Shown here one piece after another: positions 24,538-29,683 of a stretch of DNA of 29,683 nt. The notes beneath the pieces were generated by a model. It searched no databases and was not told the DNA's origin. It saw only the letters and a program-made list of their open reading frames with translations. This stretch comes from a virus (taxonomy: Duplodnaviria; Caudoviricetes). The stretch lies in the IMG/VR virus record IMGVR_UViG_3300032272_000053, positions 1 through 29,683 of that record; one strand, 5' to 3'. Numbering within the stretch: position 1 is the stretch's first letter; each line of letters begins with the position of its first letter. The position numbers and the translations under genes are program-made.

Positions 24538-25245
24538 CTAATCACCAATGTATACGTTAAAGGAGCGTTTCTCACTAAACGCAGCTGGTTCAATCTGCGC
24601 TATCTTTACGGGAAAGTTTTTCTTCTTAATGCGTCCTTTAACAGCTGCAGAAATTTTCTGCACTTCAGGAGGAACTGCAACACCGAACTCAGGAGCCAGA
24701 TAATCGCAAAGACCATACACCAAAAGATTCTTGTACCCTGGCGCGAGGTCCACGGTTGTGTCAAGTGAAGCAAATTGGCTAAGAGTGCCCCAAGTGTGTA
24801 AATACAATGTGACGCTCGCTGATGGAGTAGGCCACAAAAAGATTTCACCATTTGGGTAGCTTGGCTCATAGTAGATAAACTCCGGTAATGCACTGCTGGT
24901 GTCCTTATCGGTTATGCTGGTGTAGCCACGACGTGTCTCTAAATGTCGCAAATTGTAGTCATTACTATTTTGGTCTGTATAGAAAGTAGAGTTTTCTATC
25001 TTATTCGGTCTGTCAGCTACGAAGTCACCTGTGGCACCGATTGTGCGCGATTGCGTGTCTCCAGGCCACGTGTGGGCGTTCTCCTGCACGTAGTAAACGT
25101 ACGCACGGTCGATATTCCACTCTTCGAGCATAGAATTAAGCGCTTCGAAAGCATCTGCTGCTTCTTCAGTCGTAGGGTCTTCACCAGTCTCAAGGACGTG
25201 AAGTAGGCGCATTGAGCGCTTAATTAAATCTCTTGCTGTTGCCAT
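24538..25245 (-). CDS. head-to-tail adaptor (P22 gp4-like)
   Basis: TARDLIKRSMRLL.V...GE.PT.EE..DA..ALN.ML.EW; LWPTP; PGY...L.Y.L...LAPEFG. Confidence 0.8.
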   Translation of the reverse strand: MATARDLIKRSMRLLHVLETGEDPTTEEAADAFEALNSMLEEWNIDRAYVYYVQENAHTWPGDTQSRTIGATGDFVADRPNKIENSTFYTDQNSNDYNLRHLETRRGYTSITDKDTSSALPEFIYYEPSYPNGEIFLWPTPSASVTLYLHTWGTLSQFASLDTTVDLAPGYKNLLVYGLCDYLAPEFGVAVPPEVQKISAAVKGRIKKKNFPVKIAQIEPAAFSEKRSFNVYIGD

Positions 25246-26495
25246 TATTTAATTACCAGTGCCCTTGGCGGGATATGAAGTGTTGTCTTGTTACGCTTCC
25301 GCGCTTCTCCGTCCAGGGCGTCACGGAACGTGCGGTCGTCAGCGTCGTCAAAAATATATACGTCTGCTTCAAAGTGCTCCAGGAACGGGAGCCTATCTCC
25401 TAGCTTGCGCGTGGGACCATCCACGAATGCTAACGAGTAATCGCTAGGTATTTCATTTGGGTCGAAGTCATACCATCTGTCCTTGATGCCGCATTCAACA
25501 ATCGCAATGTTGGTAACACCTGCTTCCTTAGCCATGTCTACAAGCTTATGCGCGTACTCTCTATCGTTCTCAAGACAGTAGACTATCTGGTCAGTTGCGG
25601 CGGCCATCAAGATTGTGCTTAGTCCGCTACCTGCTTCGATGATAGGTTTCTTTGCTAGCTTCGCGTAGCCTATCGCTGGAGCTAATGTTTCTATCGGTGC
25701 GCCCCACTCATTACTTGCATACTTAATTGCTTCTTCTATATCCTTCAGTGTATGCGTGCCTAGCTTTATCTTGTTTGCTATATGCTTTAGCGTGGTCTTG
25801 CCTTCGCGTCGAAGGAATGCGCCCAAGCTATCAGTGAAAGTTACCTTAGCTGAGTGACCTAATTCAATTTCGGTAGCGCAATATATTTTATTTTGCTCTG
25901 CTTGCTTGCGCCAGAGGTTGCAAACATGCAGGTCACCACCCCATCGTGTACCGTCTATCAACGTGCGCTGAAACAGTAACGGCTGCATCGTATCGTGCCC
26001 GTTGTTCCCGTCGAACTCTTCGCACTCTGCTACTAGCTTCTCTATAACGTGACGTTGAAATCTTAGGAAGCCTGTAGGCAGTCCTTCTACCTCTAGCAAT
26101 CCATCTTCTATCTCTTTGCCTTCTATCATTCTGCAAGGCATGTCGTGCTTCTTATCTTCACGTCGGTAGGGATAAACTCCACCAACTACATCGAGGTTGT
26201 ACTGGCATAACTTCACCAGGCTCTCTGCTTGCCACGAAACATCTGCATCTAAAAAAACTAGGTCAGTGCAATCGGACAATAAAAATTCTTGGATAATCCT
26301 ATTCCGTGCATCATCTACATGACAGTTGCCGTGCAGTAAGTAGTAAGCAGTTTCAATGCCTGCTTGATGTAATGCTTCCCTGCTTGATGCTATTGAAAAT
26401 GTGTAACTGTGGTCTGGGTTATCGTATGCTGTTGTTGCTAAGCAAACCTTCTGATTAATACAAGGCTTACCATCATCTTGGTGTAGTCGCGACAT
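25245..26495 (-). CDS. GT-A/GT2-like glycosyltransferase fused to a class I SAM-dependent methyltransferase
   Basis: N-terminal ARN..I..FL...TDLVFLDAD, VVGGVY, PTGFL, GGD..C..W; C-terminal IIEAGSGLST, LEND, FVDGP, IFDD. Confidence 0.8.
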   Translation of the reverse strand: MSRLHQDDGKPCINQKVCLATTAYDNPDHSYTFSIASSREALHQAGIETAYYLLHGNCHVDDARNRIIQEFLLSDCTDLVFLDADVSWQAESLVKLCQYNLDVVGGVYPYRREDKKHDMPCRMIEGKEIEDGLLEVEGLPTGFLRFQRHVIEKLVAECEEFDGNNGHDTMQPLLFQRTLIDGTRWGGDLHVCNLWRKQAEQNKIYCATEIELGHSAKVTFTDSLGAFLRREGKTTLKHIANKIKLGTHTLKDIEEAIKYASNEWGAPIETLAPAIGYAKLAKKPIIEAGSGLSTILMAAATDQIVYCLENDREYAHKLVDMAKEAGVTNIAIVECGIKDRWYDFDPNEIPSDYSLAFVDGPTRKLGDRLPFLEHFEADVYIFDDADDRTFRDALDGEARKRNKTTLHIPPRALVIK

Positions 26496-26504
26496 ATTAA
26501 GAAT

Positions 26505-26526
26505 ACGGGGCAGTTGCCTGCCCCGT
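26505..26526 (-). terminator. hairpin after the coat and decoration genes (leaky terminator or stabiliser)
   Basis: 9-bp stem ACGGGGCAG/CTGCCCCGT with a GCAA loop on the - strand and a weak TATTCTT tail; T-rich tail on the + strand. Confidence 0.6.
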
Positions 26527-26539
26527 TCCTTTTATTTTT

Positions 26540-26749
26540 TTATGTGGTTACAATTAAACCCAAAGCAACTAGAGCGTTGTTAATACTAACAATAGCTGCT
26601 TCGTTTGTGGCTGTAGTAGCCGTTGCGGCCGGAGCTGTAACAGATTGTTGTACAACTGGAGTCGTACCGAAGAAACCTACTTTCTCGGTAGCGTCCAGTC
26701 CTACACACATCCCATCAGGTCCGTTATCGCCTAAGTAATGAACTGCCAT
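26540..26749 (-). CDS. putative capsid decoration / cement protein
   Basis: 69 aa immediately after the coat gene; KVGFFGTTPVVQ...ALVALGLI motif; AAGGA RBS. Confidence 0.6.
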   Translation of the reverse strand: MAVHYLGDNGPDGMCVGLDATEKVGFFGTTPVVQQSVTAPAATATTATNEAAIVSINNALVALGLIVTT

Positions 26750-26770
26750 GATATTTATCCTTTAGTTAAA

Positions 26771-27964
26771 TTAAGCGCCGGAGCCCATGATTCGAGCTGC
26801 CCATTCAGGACGCAATGTCTTCCAACCATGCAGGATATCTAAACGGCAAGGGAAGTTGTCGTTGTTGATATCGTACGCACGAACTAGTCGAATGCTAAGA
26901 CCGTCATAGTTCTCACGTGCACACCAATCCACACCCTCTGGCTTCACAAGGTCAGCAGTCGCGAAAGCGAAAGCTTCTTTATGATATACAAGGTGGTTAG
27001 GATAGTTAGTTGAAGCAGCACCAACGAATACCAATGCATCAGTAGATGTAGGTAGCGCGTCAACGTTCTGCTTGGCACCAGACTCATAAGGCACAGGCTC
27101 AATGCTGATAACCGTAGTCGAAGGAGTCGTTAGGTCAGTCACAACGAACTGTTGCAAGTGAGCATAAGCCACCTTGGTTTCTGGGTGCACTGCATAGGTT
27201 GCATCACAAGTAAAGATTGTGCCAACCGTTGGAGCAGCAGATGCGCCAGTAATGGTGAACGAAGTGTCGCCATTAGAAACGTTAGCGTTAATCGTGATAC
27301 CAGTAATGTCAGAGCTGTTAGCGTGCGTGTAAATACGCTCGTTCTCAACCCAGTCAAGACCAGCTGCACGACCAACAACACCGTCACGGTACTGCTTAGC
27401 AATGCCAGTAGAGTCTTGGAACAGACCCTTCAATGCATCTACCTGGCCAGCCATATCGATGGATTCCATCTGGATACAACGGTTGTTATCTTTCGGTGCA
27501 AGAGTTTGGTTCAACTTGGCTTTAGCCTTATTGATTTGCGCGAAAGTAGGTAGAGTACCTGGAGTACCAACGTGGTTGTAAACGTCCTTAGTAACATCAC
27601 CAAGCATAGCGCCTTCGATGTTAGAAACGAGTACAGCAGCTGCTGGCTCAATGATACGCTTGCTGAAGTCATCCAGGTCAAGGGTTAAATCTTGGCTGGA
27701 GAAGTTCATGTCGACACCCTTCTGGGTAGCGACCGTCAACGTTACGCTGCTCTCTTCGGTATCTTGCGCGTTTAGCGTCTTACCAGTTCGGACAGTGTAT
27801 TTGTTAGGCTGACGAATGCTTAGACTGTCACCAATCTTTGCACCAGTCTTCGCGAAAGAGCTGTCGTATTGACGCTCAATCGTGCCGATGAATGCCAACT
27901 TCTCGTGAGCCACGCGAAGGATTTCGCGGGTCACGGCTGTTGGTGTGAGTATTGAATTAGCCAT
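26771..27964 (-). CDS. major capsid protein, P22 coat protein family
   Basis: MANSILT...KIGDSLSIR.P...FSKRIIEPA...LVYHKEAFAFATADL...RLDILHGW..LRPEWA. Confidence 0.93.
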   Translation of the reverse strand: MANSILTPTAVTREILRVAHEKLAFIGTIERQYDSSFAKTGAKIGDSLSIRQPNKYTVRTGKTLNAQDTEESSVTLTVATQKGVDMNFSSQDLTLDLDDFSKRIIEPAAAVLVSNIEGAMLGDVTKDVYNHVGTPGTLPTFAQINKAKAKLNQTLAPKDNNRCIQMESIDMAGQVDALKGLFQDSTGIAKQYRDGVVGRAAGLDWVENERIYTHANSSDITGITINANVSNGDTSFTITGASAAPTVGTIFTCDATYAVHPETKVAYAHLQQFVVTDLTTPSTTVISIEPVPYESGAKQNVDALPTSTDALVFVGAASTNYPNHLVYHKEAFAFATADLVKPEGVDWCARENYDGLSIRLVRAYDINNDNFPCRLDILHGWKTLRPEWAARIMGSGA

Positions 27965-28005
27965 TATTATGGTTCCTTAGAAGTTGTAGTAATGGCTAGC
28001 GTATG

Positions 28006-28884
28006 CTAACCATATAGTTCCTTGTTGCGTTGCTCTATCCACGCTTTAACAGACTGCTTATCATTCGGCCCGCGTGTTGCGGAGCCTCGTGCTTGAACAG
28101 GCTTCTTCGGCGCTGGAGCATTCGAAGGTTGTTTACTCGCTTTAGCGGTAATGGTTAAAGAGAGTTTCCCGATTGCTAATGCTTGCTGCATCGGCTGGAG
28201 GCTTGCAATCTCTGCTGCCTCTTCGGGATTCTTACCTAAGTGGTACCACACATGCGGGGCATTCTCTGAGCTTAGAACGGCTTCTGCCATCGTTTGCGTT
28301 AAGGGCAAGTCTTGAGCTGTAGCAACTTGTTCGAAGTCTGGGTAGACTTCAGCTCCAGCTTGAAGAGCAGCATTCTTTACTGCGTCAAACTGCTGTGCTG
28401 CTCGTGCTTGGACTTGCACCTGCTGCGCTTCCCTAGAGGCTGCGGTTTGCTGTTGAATCGCTTCATTCGCTTTATAGACTGCGAGGTCACCTACATAGGC
28501 TTCGTAGTCGTCGTATGAATCGCGATTCGGTGCTTCGGCTATCTGTGGTGCTACTTGAGGTTGTGATTGCTCTTCTGCGAAACGTTGTTGCATTTCACGT
28601 ATGAACTGGTCACGCTCTCCAATCTTCCGCTGTAGCTGGTCGATTCGTTTTTTGAAGCGGCGCTTGCCTGGTGGTTTCTGCTCTTCATCACCTTCACCTT
28701 CGTCTTCGGCGGATATCTCGCTTACTTCGTCGGATTCAGCTTCAGGAGTTTCATCTACTTCAGCTTGCTGGTCTTCATCGGTGGACTCGTCACCGTTGGT
28801 AGCTGCCGTTGCTACACCCTCGTTTTCAACTTCCGGTTCTACTGCTTCTACCTCTGTTGCGGCTAACTCATTTTCATTTGACAT
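28006..28884 (-). CDS. scaffolding protein
   Basis: acidic N-terminus, KRIDQL coiled coil, YPDF, YHLGKNPEEA..I; lies between portal and coat. Confidence 0.85.
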   Translation of the reverse strand: MSNENELAATEVEAVEPEVENEGVATAATNGDESTDEDQQAEVDETPEAESDEVSEISAEDEGEGDEEQKPPGKRRFKKRIDQLQRKIGERDQFIREMQQRFAEEQSQPQVAPQIAEAPNRDSYDDYEAYVGDLAVYKANEAIQQQTAASREAQQVQVQARAAQQFDAVKNAALQAGAEVYPDFEQVATAQDLPLTQTMAEAVLSSENAPHVWYHLGKNPEEAAEIASLQPMQQALAIGKLSLTITAKASKQPSNAPAPKKPVQARGSATRGPNDKQSVKAWIEQRNKELYG

Positions 28885-28927
28885 TTACTTCTCCGGTTTA
28901 ACGCGCGGGATGCGCGGTTGCTGCGTC

Positions 28928-29683
28928 TTAAGGACGCGAATCTTCACCTGGTATGGCTTGTACGCCACCCAGTGCGGATTTTACGATGTCAAGTTCAGCG
29001 TTCATTTTCGTTACATGCGCTTCGAACTCCATGCGCTGCTCTGCTAATGCGTGCTTCAATGTGACATCTAATCGTTTTGTTTCTGAATCCTGTGCAGCAA
29101 CCTGGTTATCATTTTCCATGTCGGCTGCTTTAGCCATTAATTCAGCTTTCTTAATTTCTCTTTCCTTATCCTTATCAATCATGGCTGCTGTTAGCTTGTC
29201 ACGATTGATTTCCTTATCAGCTTCCTTGCTAGCAATCTGATTCATCATGCCTTCACGTTCGGCCATTAAGGCGTCAACAGTTTGGGTCTGCTCAGCGAGC
29301 TGCTGCTCCATCTCAGCAATCTGCTGTTGAGCTGCTGCTATTGGGTCCTCTTCACCCTTCAGCTCTGCCGGTATCATCTTGTTAAGGCGCTCTGCCATTT
29401 CCTCAGCGCCAGGCCAGTCCATGTTCTTGACCATGAGGTCGCCGATAACACCCCAGAGTTGCGGGTTACCATCGACGATAGCTGACATGCTTTCAAAGGC
29501 TTCTTCACGCTTCGTATTGAACGAAGGCCCTGTGGTGACAGCTACATCGTATTTACCAACACCAACATCGTATATAGTCTGCTTCTCGCCGTTCTCGTCC
29601 TGAACCTCACCTGCTTGTCCTGGTGATAGTTTGATTTGTTCTGCTTCACCATCCTCGCCTAGGATTCGCGCTACACGCTCCGT
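28928..29683 (-). CDS. portal protein, P22-like (3' part; frame open to the window edge)
   Basis: TERVARILGEDG...GKYDVAVTTGPSFNTKREEA...DLMVKNMDWPGAEEMAERL followed by a coiled-coil tail. Confidence 0.9.
   Translation of the reverse strand, partial: TERVARILGEDGEAEQIKLSPGQAGEVQDENGEKQTIYDVGVGKYDVAVTTGPSFNTKREEAFESMSAIVDGNPQLWGVIGDLMVKNMDWPGAEEMAERLNKMIPAELKGEEDPIAAAQQQIAEMEQQLAEQTQTVDALMAEREGMMNQIASKEADKEINRDKLTAAMIDKDKEREIKKAELMAKAADMENDNQVAAQDSETKRLDVTLKHALAEQRMEFEAHVTKMNAELDIVKSALGGVQAIPGEDSRP

Noticed and set aside
26750-26800. Programmed frameshift or readthrough extending the coat protein
   Set aside because: No slippery heptamer near the TAA stop, and the next gene has its own RBS.
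13777-29603. Many + strand and alternate-frame ORFs over the structural module (e.g. 17138..17743, 18025..18540, 28601..29047)
   Set aside because: They are shadows of well-supported, tightly coupled - strand genes.

Overview
The window is about 30 kb of a tailed dsDNA phage with a P22-like podovirus virion module. No host genes, integrase or clear repressor are visible. Back-to-back sigma70-type promoters at about 8.0-8.1 kb split it. Leftward (- strand) lie a Prim-Pol/PriCT-2/AAA primase-helicase, RusA, a NUMOD4-HNH endonuclease, an array of small partly paralogous genes joined by a repeated GTGATTAGATG junction, DUF3310, a Lys/Ala-rich basic protein and a lysis region (M15 endolysin, putative holin). 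Rightward (+ strand) lie a Sak4-like AAA ATPase, DUF669 SSB, a Cas4-like exonuclease, small ORFs, two structured non-coding regions and two small secreted Cys-containing proteins. From 29.7 kb down to 13.5 kb (- strand) run the portal (partial), scaffold, P22-type coat, a decoration-like protein, a glycosyltransferase-methyltransferase fusion, the head-tail adaptor, an 896-aa polyvalent protein, gp10, four ejection-type proteins and a tail fibre. The most notable items are the polyvalent protein and shared 'NAL' motif, the GT-MTase next to the capsid gene, the junction-repeat gene array and the candidate sRNAs. All family calls come from motif recognition by eye; no database searches were run.
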